NCBI GenBank assembly: GCA_016207645.1
Contig: JACQPH010000045.1
Coordinates: 6,610-70,609, forward strand
DNA: 64,000 bases
Reading direction: 5' to 3'
From: Elusimicrobiota bacterium
GTDB lineage: Bacteria > Elusimicrobiota > Elusimicrobia > Elusimicrobiales > UBA9959
A program made the translations under genes and the position numbers. Position 1 is the stretch's first letter; each line of letters starts with the position of its first letter. The notes under the pieces are model-generated. The model was not told the origin of the DNA. It was given only the letters and a program-made list of their open reading frames with translations, and searched no databases. Shown here piece after piece: positions 53,670 through 63,437 of this stretch.

Positions 53670-54668
53670 TCAGAAAGTCTGGGTGACTTTGTTCAGGCCT
53701 TTGGGGTTGTCGGGGTTCAGGCCTTTGGAAAGGGAAAGGCGCAGGGCCAGCAGCTTCATGCGGATATCCACGGGGATGCAGCTGAAAGGGAATTTGAGCT
53801 TTCCCGGCCGCACTATTTCACAGGGCGTGCCGCGCTCATCCAGCGCTTTTTTGACCTTCAGTATATCCTCCGGCAGCCTGTCGGCAGGGGTGAACAGGAA
53901 GACCAGGTCCCTGGCGGTATAGGCGCCTACGGGGCCGTGCAGGAACTCGGCGGCCGAATAGCCCAGGGCGTGGGACTTGGCCATCTCCCTGAACTTGAGG
54001 GCGGAGTCCTCGGCCACGGCGTTATAAGGCCCGCGCCCGACGAAGCCCAGCATACGGGCTTTCTTTATCCCGGCCAGGAGTTCCACCCCGCCGCGATCGT
54101 CCCGCACGGCTTCGCGGGCCGCGGCCACTGTGTCCCTGAAATCCTTCGCGGAAAAGCAGCGGCTCCAGGCCTGCGCCGTCCACAGCACGGCCCAGAGCTG
54201 CAGCTCGAAGCTCTTGGTGGCCGCCACCGGGACCTCCCTGGAATCCGAAAGCAGGATATGCCGCCCGGCCAGGCGCGCCAGCGGGTTGTTCGCCAGGTCG
54301 GCCTCGTTGGTGACGGCTACGCCTTTCGCCCCCCATTTCATCAGCTTCTCCAGGCAGGCCGTGATGTCCTGGCTGCGGCCGGACTGCGAAAAGGCCCAGA
54401 CGGCCTGGCCCTTGAAATTCAGCGGCTTCCTGGCCTCGAAGATGGAGTGCGGGTGGATGAAATTGGTGATGGTGCCGGCGTAGGCCTCCCAGATATACTT
54501 GGCGAACAGCGTGGCGGTGCCGGAAGAGCCGCGCCCGACCAGGTAGACGGCTTTGTCCCCGGACCGGAGGGCAAGTTTCTTAAGAGAGCCCGAGCGCGCG
54601 GAGAATTTTTCCAGCAGGGCGGGGATCTCGGCTATGTCGCCGTAGGTGAGCGTTTCTCCGATGTTCAT
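53670..54668 (-). CDS. Double-SIS-domain sugar-phosphate isomerase/deaminase (GlmS C-terminal/AgaS/FrlB-like)
   Basis: VYLVGRGSSGTA and AFSQSGRSQD SIS motifs. No glutaminase domain. Confidence 0.75.
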   Translation of the reverse strand: MNIGETLTYGDIAEIPALLEKFSARSGSLKKLALRSGDKAVYLVGRGSSGTATLFAKYIWEAYAGTITNFIHPHSIFEARKPLNFKGQAVWAFSQSGRSQDITACLEKLMKWGAKGVAVTNEADLANNPLARLAGRHILLSDSREVPVAATKSFELQLWAVLWTAQAWSRCFSAKDFRDTVAAAREAVRDDRGGVELLAGIKKARMLGFVGRGPYNAVAEDSALKFREMAKSHALGYSAAEFLHGPVGAYTARDLVFLFTPADRLPEDILKVKKALDERGTPCEIVRPGKLKFPFSCIPVDIRMKLLALRLSLSKGLNPDNPKGLNKVTQTF

Positions 54669-55516
54669 TTTCCCCGGCCCTTGACTTTTTTTCTGGCTTC
54701 CCGCAGGCGCTTCATCCCGAGCTCTATGTCGCGCAGGTCCAGGCCGGTGCGGCCGTAATGCGCGTGCTCTATGGGCGAGTCGGGGCAGATATAGGTGCCG
54801 CGGCGCACGCCCTTCGGATCTTTTTCCAGGCCCAGCCAGATAAGCCAGGGCTTCAGGCGCGAAAAGTCCTTGGCCAGCAGTTCCGGGTTGGAGCGCATGA
54901 TAAGCCGCCGGTCGCCGAAACCTTCCAGCACGGCGGCGCTGTGGTAACCGGCTTCCTTCGCAGCCTCGACGTCGCGGTGGGTGTCGCCGATCACAAAGAC
55001 CTCGCGCGGGCTTATTTTAACACCGGCCAGCCTCCCGGCCCGCTCCACGGCCTTTTCCAGCACTTCGCTCCGGTGGCGGGAATCGCAGCCGTAGCCGCCG
55101 AAGGCGAAATGCTTCAGCAGGCCGGACGGTTCGAGTTTTATGAAGGCCCCGTCCTTCAGGTTGCCGGTGCCGAGGCCTACCAGCACGTCCCTGCGGCCGG
55201 AAAGCTTAGCCAGGAATTTTTCCGCTCCGTTCAGCCTGGAATAATTCCCGGACCTTATGGACCTCTTTACTTCAGCGGGAAGTAAATTTAGATATTGAAG
55301 TTCCATCTCCCGGAACTGCCTGGCGGACGGCTTTTTGCCGCTGGCGTACTTGAAGACCAGGCTGAAGTTTTCCTTATCGGTACAGCCCTGCCATGAGACC
55401 TTATCGCAGGCATGTTCGACGCCGAACATGTCCTTTATTACTTTATCGAGCGCCCGGCCTCCCGCTCCCCCCGCTTTGATCAGGGTGCCGTCGATATCGA
55501 AAAGGACGATCTTCAT
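54665..55516 (-). CDS. HAD-superfamily phosphatase with ~70-aa basic C-terminal extension
   Basis: Motif I FDIDGTL, motif III/IV region VIGDTHRDVEAAKEAG. ATGA overlap with the SIS gene. Confidence 0.8.
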   Translation of the reverse strand: MKIVLFDIDGTLIKAGGAGGRALDKVIKDMFGVEHACDKVSWQGCTDKENFSLVFKYASGKKPSARQFREMELQYLNLLPAEVKRSIRSGNYSRLNGAEKFLAKLSGRRDVLVGLGTGNLKDGAFIKLEPSGLLKHFAFGGYGCDSRHRSEVLEKAVERAGRLAGVKISPREVFVIGDTHRDVEAAKEAGYHSAAVLEGFGDRRLIMRSNPELLAKDFSRLKPWLIWLGLEKDPKGVRRGTYICPDSPIEHAHYGRTGLDLRDIELGMKRLREARKKVKGRGK

Positions 55517-55523
55517 CGTATAG

Positions 55524-56774
55524 TTATCGCCCGCCGTGAACGATCTTCCCCTTCTTCACCGTCATCGAGCACTGGCTGGCGCCGAAATAATAGCAGAGCT
55601 CCCGGTAATCGTCCGCTTTATAGAAGGCCAGGTCGGCCTGCAGGCCGGGGACCACGCTGCCCACCCTGTCGCCTATGCCCAGCGCCCAGGCCCCGTTCAC
55701 CGTGGCGGCGCAAAAGGCCTCCTCCGGCGTCATGCCGCAATGGGTGCAGGCCGCGGACAGGACGAACTGCATGTTCCAGCAGGGGCAGGTGCCGGGATTG
55801 AGATCCGTAGCCAGGGCCACGGGCACGCCCGCGGCGATAAGCTCGCGCGCCGGCGGGTATTTCGTCAGGCCGAGGTAATAATTGGAAGCCGGCAGCAGCG
55901 TCGCTATGGTCCCCGCCTCGCGCATGGCCGTTATGTCCTGCGCATAGACATGGTCGGCGTGGTCCGCGCTGAGGACCCCCGCCGCTATCCCGGCGCGGGT
56001 GCCGCCGTAGTTGGAAAGCTGCTCGGAATGTACCTTGGGCTTCAGGCCCAGGCTGGCGGCTTCCTTCAGGTAGGCCGTGGTCTGCTCCGGGGTGAAATAG
56101 CCCTTCTCGCAGAAGATATCCGCGAAGACGGCCAGCTTTTCGGCGGCGGCCTTAGGCAGGATCTCCGCCGTGACATAGGCCAGGTACTTCGCCGCGTCGC
56201 CGCTGAACTCCGGCGGCACGCTGTGCGCCGCCAGCAGGGTGGGCAGCATTTCAAGAGGGGTGAGCTTCTGCGCCTCGCGCACGGCCCGCAGCATTTTCAG
56301 CTCGGATTCCAGGCTCAGGCCGTAGCCGCTCTTCACCTCTGCCGTGGTGGTGCCGCAGGCGAGGAAACCCGCGGCCCGCGCGGCGAGCTGCTCCGCCATG
56401 GCCCTCCGGGACTGCCGGCGCACCGCCCCTATGCTGGAAAGTATCCCCCCGCCGGCGGCCTTTATCTCCTGGTAGGAGGCCCCGGCGGCGCGCATCGAAA
56501 AATCCTTGAGGCGCGGCTCGGCGAAAACGGCGTGGGTATGGCTGTCCACGAAACCTGGCAGGCAGATCCCGTTGACCTCCACCTTCCTGGCTTTTTTAGC
56601 CAGGCGGTGGCGGGACACTACGGACCGCGGACCGGCCGCCTCTATGAGCCCGTTCTCCACCAGCACCTCGGCGTTCTTCACCAGCCCTATCTCGCGCATG
56701 GCTTCCCCCGCGCGGGGAACGGCGTCTCCGGCGAAGGTGAGGAGCTGTTTGATACCGGTGAAGAGGGTGGCCAT
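55524..56774 (-). CDS. hutI: Imidazolonepropionase
   Basis: PGFVDSHTHAVF, YQEIKAAGGGILSS, amidohydrolase His/Asp set. Confidence 0.9.
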   Translation of the reverse strand: MATLFTGIKQLLTFAGDAVPRAGEAMREIGLVKNAEVLVENGLIEAAGPRSVVSRHRLAKKARKVEVNGICLPGFVDSHTHAVFAEPRLKDFSMRAAGASYQEIKAAGGGILSSIGAVRRQSRRAMAEQLAARAAGFLACGTTTAEVKSGYGLSLESELKMLRAVREAQKLTPLEMLPTLLAAHSVPPEFSGDAAKYLAYVTAEILPKAAAEKLAVFADIFCEKGYFTPEQTTAYLKEAASLGLKPKVHSEQLSNYGGTRAGIAAGVLSADHADHVYAQDITAMREAGTIATLLPASNYYLGLTKYPPARELIAAGVPVALATDLNPGTCPCWNMQFVLSAACTHCGMTPEEAFCAATVNGAWALGIGDRVGSVVPGLQADLAFYKADDYRELCYYFGASQCSMTVKKGKIVHGGR

Positions 56775-57271
56775 TATCTGAAATTCTCGAACTGGAGGGT
56801 TATCCCGTAATCCCCGCCGCGCAGCAGGGCCATCACGTTCTGGAGCTCGTCCTTGGACTTGGAGGTGACGCGCAGCGCGTCGCCCTGGATCGAGACATTG
56901 GCCTTGAGCTTTTGGTCTTTTATCGCCCTGACTATCTCCTTGGCTTTCTCCTGGGGGATGCCCTGCTGCACCTTCACGGCCTGCTTGGCCGTCCCGCCCA
57001 GGGCGCTCTCCACCTTCTGCGCCTCGAAATTCTTGACCGGCAGGCCGCGCTTGGAGATCTTCGTCAGCAGCACGTCGTAAAGGGCCTTCACCTTGTAGGC
57101 GTCGCTGGACTGCAGCATTATGACATTGGCCTTCTTGTCGAAGTTTATCTCCGAATTGGAGCCCTTGAAGTCGTAGCGGTTGATCACTTCCTTCATGGCG
57201 ATGGCTATAGCCTCGTCCACCACCGTATACTCCACCTTTGAAACCACGTCGAAACTGAATTCAGAAGCCAT
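56774..57271 (-). CDS. yajQ: YajQ/UPF0234-family nucleotide-binding protein
   Basis: SFDVVSKVEYTVVDEAIAIAMKEVINRYDFKGS. 165 aa. 1-nt overlap with the hutI start. Confidence 0.85.
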   Translation of the reverse strand: MASEFSFDVVSKVEYTVVDEAIAIAMKEVINRYDFKGSNSEINFDKKANVIMLQSSDAYKVKALYDVLLTKISKRGLPVKNFEAQKVESALGGTAKQAVKVQQGIPQEKAKEIVRAIKDQKLKANVSIQGDALRVTSKSKDELQNVMALLRGGDYGITLQFENFR

Positions 57272-57290
57272 GAGTCGTTTCCTCCGTAAT

Positions 57291-58964
57291 TTATTTAAGC
57301 ATCGGTATCTTCACGCCTTTCTTTCTGGCGAAATCCGAAGCCAGCTTGTAGCCGGCGTCGGCGTGGCGCAGCACGCCCATGGCCGGGTCGTTGGTGAGCA
57401 CCCGCTCCAGCCGCAGCGCCATCTCTTTCGTGCCGTCGGCCACGGTCACCTGCCCGGCGTGCAGGGAATAGCCCATGCCCACCCCGCCGCCGTGGTGGAA
57501 AGAGACCCAGCTGGCCCCGGAAGCGGTATTGATAAGGGCGTTAAGGATAGGCCAGTCGGCTATGGCGTCGGAGCCGTCCTTCATGGATTCGGTCTCGCGG
57601 AAAGGGCTGGCCACGGAGCCGGAATCCAGGTGGTCGCGCCCTATCACGATAGGCGCCGAGATCTTCCCCTTCTTCACCAGGTCGTTGATGCGCAGGCCCA
57701 TCAGGTGGCGCTCGCCGTAGCCCAGCCAGCAGATGCGCGAAGGCAGGCCCTGGAACTTCACCTTCCTGGAAGCGAGGTCCATCCAGCGGCGCAGATGCTC
57801 GTCACCGGGGAACAGCTCGAGCGCGAGTTTATCCGTGACGGCGATGTCCTGCGGGTCGCCGGAGAGGGCGGCCCAGCGGAAAGGGCCTTTCCCCTCGCAG
57901 AAAAGGTCGCGGATATAGGCCGGCACGAAGCCGGGGAAGTCGTAAGCGCGCTTCACGCCCTGCTTGAAAGCCATGGTGCGGATATTGTTGCCGTAGTCGA
58001 AAACGACGGCGCCGGCCTTCCGGAGCTTCAGCATGGCCTCGACGTGTAGCGCGATGGATCCCATGGCGAGCTTCAGGTACTTATCCGGGTCCGCCCGGCG
58101 CAGGGCGTCGGCTTCCTTCACGCCGTAGCCCTTCGGGATATAGCCTTTCAGCGGGTCGTGCGCCGAGGTCTGGTCGGTCAGCACGTCTATCTTCACGCCG
58201 CGGCGGGCCAGCTCCGGCAGCACCTCGGCGCAGTTGCCCAGCAGGCCGATGGAAAGCGGCTTCTTCGCTTTCAGGGCCGCGGCGGCCAGGCGCAGGGCCT
58301 CGTCCAGGTCGCGGCTCATTATGTCCACATAAGCGGTGTCCAGGCGCTTCTGTATGCGCGTCTCGTCGGCCTCGATTATCAGCGCCACTCCGCCGTTCAT
58401 GGTCACGGCCAGGGGCTGGGCGCCGCCCATGCCGCCGAGCCCGCCGGTGACGGTAAGTTTCCCGGCCAGGTCGCCGCCGAAATGCTTGCGCGCGCAGGCG
58501 GCAAAGGTCTCGTAGGTGCCCTGCAGGATGCCCTGCGTGCCGATATAGATCCAGGAGCCGGCCGTCATCTGGCCGTACATCATCAGGCCTTTCTTTTCCA
58601 GCTCGTCGAAGGTCTCCCAGTTCGCCCAGTTCCCCACAAGATTGGAATTGGCTATGATAACGCGCGGTGAATATTCATGCGTGCGCAGTATCCCTACGGG
58701 CTTCCCCGACTGCACCAGCAGGGTCTCGTCGTTCTCCAGGCCCCGCAGGGAGGAAACTATGGCGTGATAGCAGTCCCAGTTGCGGGCGGCCTTGCCGCGC
58801 CCGCCGTAGACGATAAGGTCTTCGGGGCGCTCGGCCACTTCCGGGTCCAGATTGTTCATCAGCATGCGCAGGGCCGCCTCCTGCTGCCAGCCTTTGCAGG
58901 AGAGCTTATTGCCCCGCGCCGCGCGGATGACCCGCTCTTCGATCTTCGGTGAAGCCATGATCAT
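57291..58964 (-). CDS. hutU: Urocanate hydratase
   Basis: [39 protein letters not shown]-binding motif. 557 aa. Confidence 0.92.
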   Translation of the reverse strand: MIMASPKIEERVIRAARGNKLSCKGWQQEAALRMLMNNLDPEVAERPEDLIVYGGRGKAARNWDCYHAIVSSLRGLENDETLLVQSGKPVGILRTHEYSPRVIIANSNLVGNWANWETFDELEKKGLMMYGQMTAGSWIYIGTQGILQGTYETFAACARKHFGGDLAGKLTVTGGLGGMGGAQPLAVTMNGGVALIIEADETRIQKRLDTAYVDIMSRDLDEALRLAAAALKAKKPLSIGLLGNCAEVLPELARRGVKIDVLTDQTSAHDPLKGYIPKGYGVKEADALRRADPDKYLKLAMGSIALHVEAMLKLRKAGAVVFDYGNNIRTMAFKQGVKRAYDFPGFVPAYIRDLFCEGKGPFRWAALSGDPQDIAVTDKLALELFPGDEHLRRWMDLASRKVKFQGLPSRICWLGYGERHLMGLRINDLVKKGKISAPIVIGRDHLDSGSVASPFRETESMKDGSDAIADWPILNALINTASGASWVSFHHGGGVGMGYSLHAGQVTVADGTKEMALRLERVLTNDPAMGVLRHADAGYKLASDFARKKGVKIPMLK

Positions 58965-58971
58965 ATCCTCG

Positions 58972-60504
58972 TTACCAGGAGCTCTTCAGCGCGCCTATCT
59001 CTTTTTCCACGGCCTCCAGGACCGAGCACTTCCTTACGGCCTCGGTCATGGCGTTATGGTCTATGAAAAGAGGCCGGTCCTCGTCCAGGTGCCTGACCAC
59101 TTTGCGGATGGCGGCATGGGCGGCGCGCGTGCCGTCACCGGCGCGGAAATGCCTGAAATCCACGCCCTGCGCGGCGGCTATCATCTCTATGGCCAGCACG
59201 CCGCAGGCGTTGTCGAGGATCTGCCTCGTCTTGAGCGCCGCGTTCATGCCCATGCTGACGAAATCCTCCTGGTCCGCGGCCGCGGGGATGGACTGGATGC
59301 AGGAGGGCGCGCTCAGTATGCGCTGCTCCACCACCAGCATGTCCGCCGTGTACTGGCTGAGCATCAGGCCGGAGAACATCCCGGCGCCCTTGGTCAGGAA
59401 AGCCGGCAGTCCTACGCTCAGGGCCGGGTTCAGCAGGCGGTTCAGGCGCCTTTCGGAGAGCACGGACACCATGGTGACGCCGGCCCCCACCATATCCAGG
59501 GGCATGCTGACCGGGGTGCCCTGGAAATTGGCGCCGGTGAGCACGGTGTCGCTCTCCGGCAGGAAAATGGGATTATCGGCCACGCCGTTGATCTCTATCT
59601 CGAACTGTTCGCGGGCGAAGGCGAGGTGGTCCCGGAAAGCGCCGATGACCTGCGGGGTGGAGCGCATGGAATAGGCGTCCTGCACTTTCACTTTGAGCTT
59701 CCCGGTGACCAGGTCGGAACCGGCCACCACGGAGCGGATATTCGCGGCGGAGGTGATGGCGCCTTTGAAACCCCGCAGCTCGTGCAGGCGGGTGTCGTAC
59801 GGCTTCATGTTGGCCATGAGCGCCTCCAGGGACATGGCCGCCGTGATCTCGGCCTGTTTGACCCAGCGCTCCGCGTCGTAGAGCTCCAGGCAGCCCATGC
59901 CGGTCAGCAGGTTGGAGCCGTTTATGGCGGCGAGGCCGTCGCGCGCCTGCAGCCCCGGGACGGGGATGCCCGCCTTCTTCATGGCCGCCCTGGTGGGCAT
60001 CCGCCTGCCCCGGTAGAAGCATTCACCCTCGCCCATGAGAGAAAGGGCCAGCTGGCTCATGGGAGCCAGGTCGCCGCAGGCGCCCACGCTGCCCTTCTCG
60101 CAGACTACCGGCGTAAGCCCCTTGTTGAGCATAGCCACGTAGGCCAGGGTTATTTCAGGCCGGCAGCCGGAATGCCCCCTGCTGTGGACGCTTATCCGCA
60201 GCAGCATGGCCGCGCGCACGTGTTCGACGGGGGCCGGCTTGCCTATGCCGGCGGCATGGTTGTAGATCAGGTAGCGCTGGAACTGCTTGACCTGCTCGTC
60301 GGTGAGCACCAGCTCGGAGAATTCGCCTATGCCGGTATTCACGCCGTACATTATCTCGCGGGCCGTGATCTTCTTCTCCAGCATGGCGCGGCATTTCCTG
60401 ATGCGCGCCGCGGCCGCGGGGCTCAAAGCCACTTTCGCGCCGTGCCGCGCGACGCTGACCACGTCTTCGATAGCAAGGGCGTCTCCGCCCACTTTGATGA
60501 TCAT
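58972..60504 (-). CDS. hutH: Histidine ammonia-lyase (MIO enzyme) with Ala-Cys-Gly in place of the Ala-Ser-Gly triad
   Basis: ORF 58972..61146 trimmed to [15 protein letters not shown] (ATG 60504). [26 protein letters not shown]. Confidence 0.9.
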   Translation of the reverse strand: MIIKVGGDALAIEDVVSVARHGAKVALSPAAAARIRKCRAMLEKKITAREIMYGVNTGIGEFSELVLTDEQVKQFQRYLIYNHAAGIGKPAPVEHVRAAMLLRISVHSRGHSGCRPEITLAYVAMLNKGLTPVVCEKGSVGACGDLAPMSQLALSLMGEGECFYRGRRMPTRAAMKKAGIPVPGLQARDGLAAINGSNLLTGMGCLELYDAERWVKQAEITAAMSLEALMANMKPYDTRLHELRGFKGAITSAANIRSVVAGSDLVTGKLKVKVQDAYSMRSTPQVIGAFRDHLAFAREQFEIEINGVADNPIFLPESDTVLTGANFQGTPVSMPLDMVGAGVTMVSVLSERRLNRLLNPALSVGLPAFLTKGAGMFSGLMLSQYTADMLVVEQRILSAPSCIQSIPAAADQEDFVSMGMNAALKTRQILDNACGVLAIEMIAAAQGVDFRHFRAGDGTRAAHAAIRKVVRHLDEDRPLFIDHNAMTEAVRKCSVLEAVEKEIGALKSSW

Positions 60505-60524
60505 AATCGTATCCTCGGGACCGC

Positions 60525-61238
60525 CTATAGGTAGCCGTAATACACGTACCTGGTCCAGGCGCCCAGCAGGAGCGTGATCGCCACGCTCAGCCAGATGTTG
60601 ACGCGGGACATGTCGATGATGCGCTTCCGCTTTATGTAGAAGATCTGGAAGATCCAGGCCAGGGCGAAAGGGATCCACCAGTAGCCGGCCGCGAAGAAAA
60701 AGGCCCAGAGCACCACCCGCTCGAAGATGAGGAAGTATTTCTCGTCGAAGTGCGGAAAGGCCATTCCGAACATGTCCTTCTCGAAGAAGTAGACCAGCAC
60801 GGTGGTGAAATGGGTGACCATCACCAGCATCACGGCGATGGCCGACCATTTCTCCCCCAGCAGCAGGCCGGGCCCCTCGATGTTCACCGGGGAGATCATG
60901 AACAGCACGTAGAAATGCAGTATCTGGTCCGTCAGGAAGCTGACCGTGTTGTCCTTGAAGCGCAGGGACTTCATGCTGTAGATCCGCAGTTCGTCTATCA
61001 GGAAATGCGCGGCCAGCATCAGCCCCAGCGCCCCCCAGCCGTTCACCGGCAGCGGCCCCAGCCTGACCCAGGTCTCCGGGAGGTAGTTCCAGGTCAGGGC
61101 CGCTGACACGACGAAGTGGGTCAGGCAGTGCAGCAGCATGCCCCACACGTTCTTGCGCTTCATGCGGTTGACGACGTCGAGCTGCAGCGTGAAGTCCGCC
61201 AGCAGGTGCGAGAGTAAAAGGCGCCAGAAGATGATCAT
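60525..61238 (-). CDS. DUF3307-family integral membrane protein
   Basis: N-terminal LLLSHLLADFTLQ motif and His-containing TM helices. Abuts the cyclase stop. Confidence 0.6.
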   Translation of the reverse strand: MIIFWRLLLSHLLADFTLQLDVVNRMKRKNVWGMLLHCLTHFVVSAALTWNYLPETWVRLGPLPVNGWGALGLMLAAHFLIDELRIYSMKSLRFKDNTVSFLTDQILHFYVLFMISPVNIEGPGLLLGEKWSAIAVMLVMVTHFTTVLVYFFEKDMFGMAFPHFDEKYFLIFERVVLWAFFFAAGYWWIPFALAWIFQIFYIKRKRIIDMSRVNIWLSVAITLLLGAWTRYVYYGYL

Positions 61239-63413
61239 TTAGCCCTTTGAGGTCAGGTTGAAGGACTGGTCCCAGTCCTTTGGCGGCTCCTTTATGTACA
61301 GCTCCGCCTGCTCTATGTAGAACTGCGAGGGCCCGTCGTTAGGGCGGGCCGCCAGCGCGGCCCGGAAATCCTTCAGCGAACCGGCGTAGTCGGCCTTGTA
61401 GAACTTCTCTATGCCGGCCTCGTAGTGTCCGAGCATGGCCTTGACCTCCGGCGCCGCGTTGCCCTTGCGGGCGAAGGGTTCGTACACCTTCACCGGGATG
61501 GCCTTGCCGACCACGCGGATGCTGCCGAGGTAGCGGTGGTCGAAGAAGTCTTTCAGTCCCCCGAAGGTCTCCTCGCTGGTCATGATCTTGGAGTGGAAGA
61601 ACTTGTTTGCGCCCTCCAGGCGGGAGGACAGGTTCACCGCGTCGCCCATCACGGTGTAGGACAGCCTGGTCTTGGAGCCCATGTTGCCCACGACCATCGG
61701 GCCCGAGTTCACGCCCACGCGCGCCGCGGGTTTTATAGTGTACTGTGTGAGCGCCTCGTTCAGGCGGGCCATCTCCACCTGGCAGTCGACGGCCGCCAGC
61801 AGCGCCAGCTTCTTATGGTCCGCCTGGTCCAGCGGGGCGTTCCAGAAAGCCACGATGCAGTCGCCGATGTATTTGTCCACCGTGCCGTCGTGCTTGAGGA
61901 TGATCTCGGTGAAGGCGGACAGGTATTCGTTGAGCATGGAGGTCAGTTCCTCGGGCGTCATCTTCTCCGACATGGTGGTGAAGCCCGCCAGGTCCAGGAA
62001 GAAAGCGGTCATGTCCCGCTTCTCGCCGCCGAGGGAGAGCTTGGACGGGTCCTTGGTGATGAGCTCGACCACCTTGGGGGACAGGTACTGCCCGAAAGTG
62101 TTCTTGATCCACTTCTTCTCGCGGCCCTCGGCCAGGCCCTTATCGACCGTTATATAGGCGAAAGGAAGGAAAAGGGACAACAGCACCGAGCCGAAAGGCA
62201 TGAGGACGTTATGGGCAAGCAGCACGACGTCGATCACGCACATGGCCCCTATGACCGTGAAACAGACCGAGATCAGCAGGGCCAGGGAATGCCTGCGCAG
62301 GTAAACCGGCAGCCAGGGCAGCAGCAGGACCAGGAGCACGGTATAGGTCACGGTCAGCGGCTCGCGGAAATCGCCCGCCAGCAGGTTGTCGGTGAACGTA
62401 GCGTGGACCTCGACGCCCGGCAGCTGCTTCGATAACGGGCTGGGCATGTGGTCGAACGCGCCGATAGCCGTGGAGCCGACCAGGGTCACCCCGCCCTTCA
62501 GGGCTTCTTTTTCCTCTTTGCTGAGCTGGCCGCTCAGGATATCCGCGAAGGAGATATGCCTGTAGCTCGAAGACTTGATGCTCTTCTTGTCCTTATCCCA
62601 GCCGGGATGAAGTTTGCGGCTGATGTAGTCCCGGTAATTCAGCGTTCTCTCGCCGCCGTATTCCACGAAAAGCTGGGAAAGCGACTTTCCGGAATAGATC
62701 GCGTAGGAAGCCAGCCCGATGGAGGGGATCGCGATGTCGGCGCATTCCTTCCAGCACTTTACGTCCTTCAGGCCGGCTTTCGAATAAGTCATCCAGTCGT
62801 CGGCGTTGCCGTCGAAATCGGTGTCCTTGCCGTAAAAAGGCATATAGCGCCTCACCTGCCCGTCGTTGTCCAGCGTAAGGTCGACATGCGGCTGGGCGAT
62901 AATGGCGCTGGCCCCGGCGAGGCCGTCGATAGGGGGCTTTATCTTCAGGGTATCCAGGTCGATATGGACCAGGTTGACCACGTTCCCGACCCGGGCCACG
63001 GCCTGCACGTACTGCCTGTTGTCCTCGGGAATATCGCGCTCGGACTTGGAGAGTATCACGTCGAATACTATGCCTTTAACCCCGTACTTGTTAAGTTTCT
63101 CCACCAGTTCGCCGTAATAGCGCCTCTTGAGAGGCCAGCCGTAGCGGTCCAGAGTGAGCTCGTCGATGGCGGTTATCGTTATCTTCGGATTGGACGGTTT
63201 ATTGAGATACTTGCCGAAAAGGAAGGTATTGGAAAGAGAATCGGAACTCCAATCCAGCCAGGACAGCATTTGCGGCAAGTTCACTATAAAGTGGTTCCAG
63301 GTGTAGTCTATCGGTTTCGTGGCCGGAATAACCACGGAGAAGAAAAGCCAGAGGAAGGAAAAAACAGCGGTGCCTATGTAGAACTTCGTATTACCGGGGA
63401 CAGTTGTTTTCAT
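61239..63413 (-). CDS. CHASE2-sensor membrane class III adenylate/guanylate cyclase (class IIIb-like Lys/Thr pair)
   Basis: Periplasmic CHASE2 (ITAIDELTLDRYGWPLKRRYYGELVEKL, VFDVILSKSE), TM block, cyclase core FFLDLAGFT, DKYIGDCIVAFW, SYTVMGDAVNLSSRLEG, helical C-terminal tail. Confidence 0.85.
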   Translation of the reverse strand: MKTTVPGNTKFYIGTAVFSFLWLFFSVVIPATKPIDYTWNHFIVNLPQMLSWLDWSSDSLSNTFLFGKYLNKPSNPKITITAIDELTLDRYGWPLKRRYYGELVEKLNKYGVKGIVFDVILSKSERDIPEDNRQYVQAVARVGNVVNLVHIDLDTLKIKPPIDGLAGASAIIAQPHVDLTLDNDGQVRRYMPFYGKDTDFDGNADDWMTYSKAGLKDVKCWKECADIAIPSIGLASYAIYSGKSLSQLFVEYGGERTLNYRDYISRKLHPGWDKDKKSIKSSSYRHISFADILSGQLSKEEKEALKGGVTLVGSTAIGAFDHMPSPLSKQLPGVEVHATFTDNLLAGDFREPLTVTYTVLLVLLLPWLPVYLRRHSLALLISVCFTVIGAMCVIDVVLLAHNVLMPFGSVLLSLFLPFAYITVDKGLAEGREKKWIKNTFGQYLSPKVVELITKDPSKLSLGGEKRDMTAFFLDLAGFTTMSEKMTPEELTSMLNEYLSAFTEIILKHDGTVDKYIGDCIVAFWNAPLDQADHKKLALLAAVDCQVEMARLNEALTQYTIKPAARVGVNSGPMVVGNMGSKTRLSYTVMGDAVNLSSRLEGANKFFHSKIMTSEETFGGLKDFFDHRYLGSIRVVGKAIPVKVYEPFARKGNAAPEVKAMLGHYEAGIEKFYKADYAGSLKDFRAALAARPNDGPSQFYIEQAELYIKEPPKDWDQSFNLTSKG

Positions 63414-63437
63414 TTTGATAACCCTCTTATTGACCGC

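Noticed and set aside
60505-61146. N-terminal 214-aa extension of the hutH ORF (track entry 58972..61146) overlapping the DUF3307 gene
   Set aside because: The extension is Arg/Gly/Pro-rich low-complexity sequence in a different frame over a well-formed membrane-protein gene. HAL homology begins at [15 protein letters not shown] (ATG 60504).
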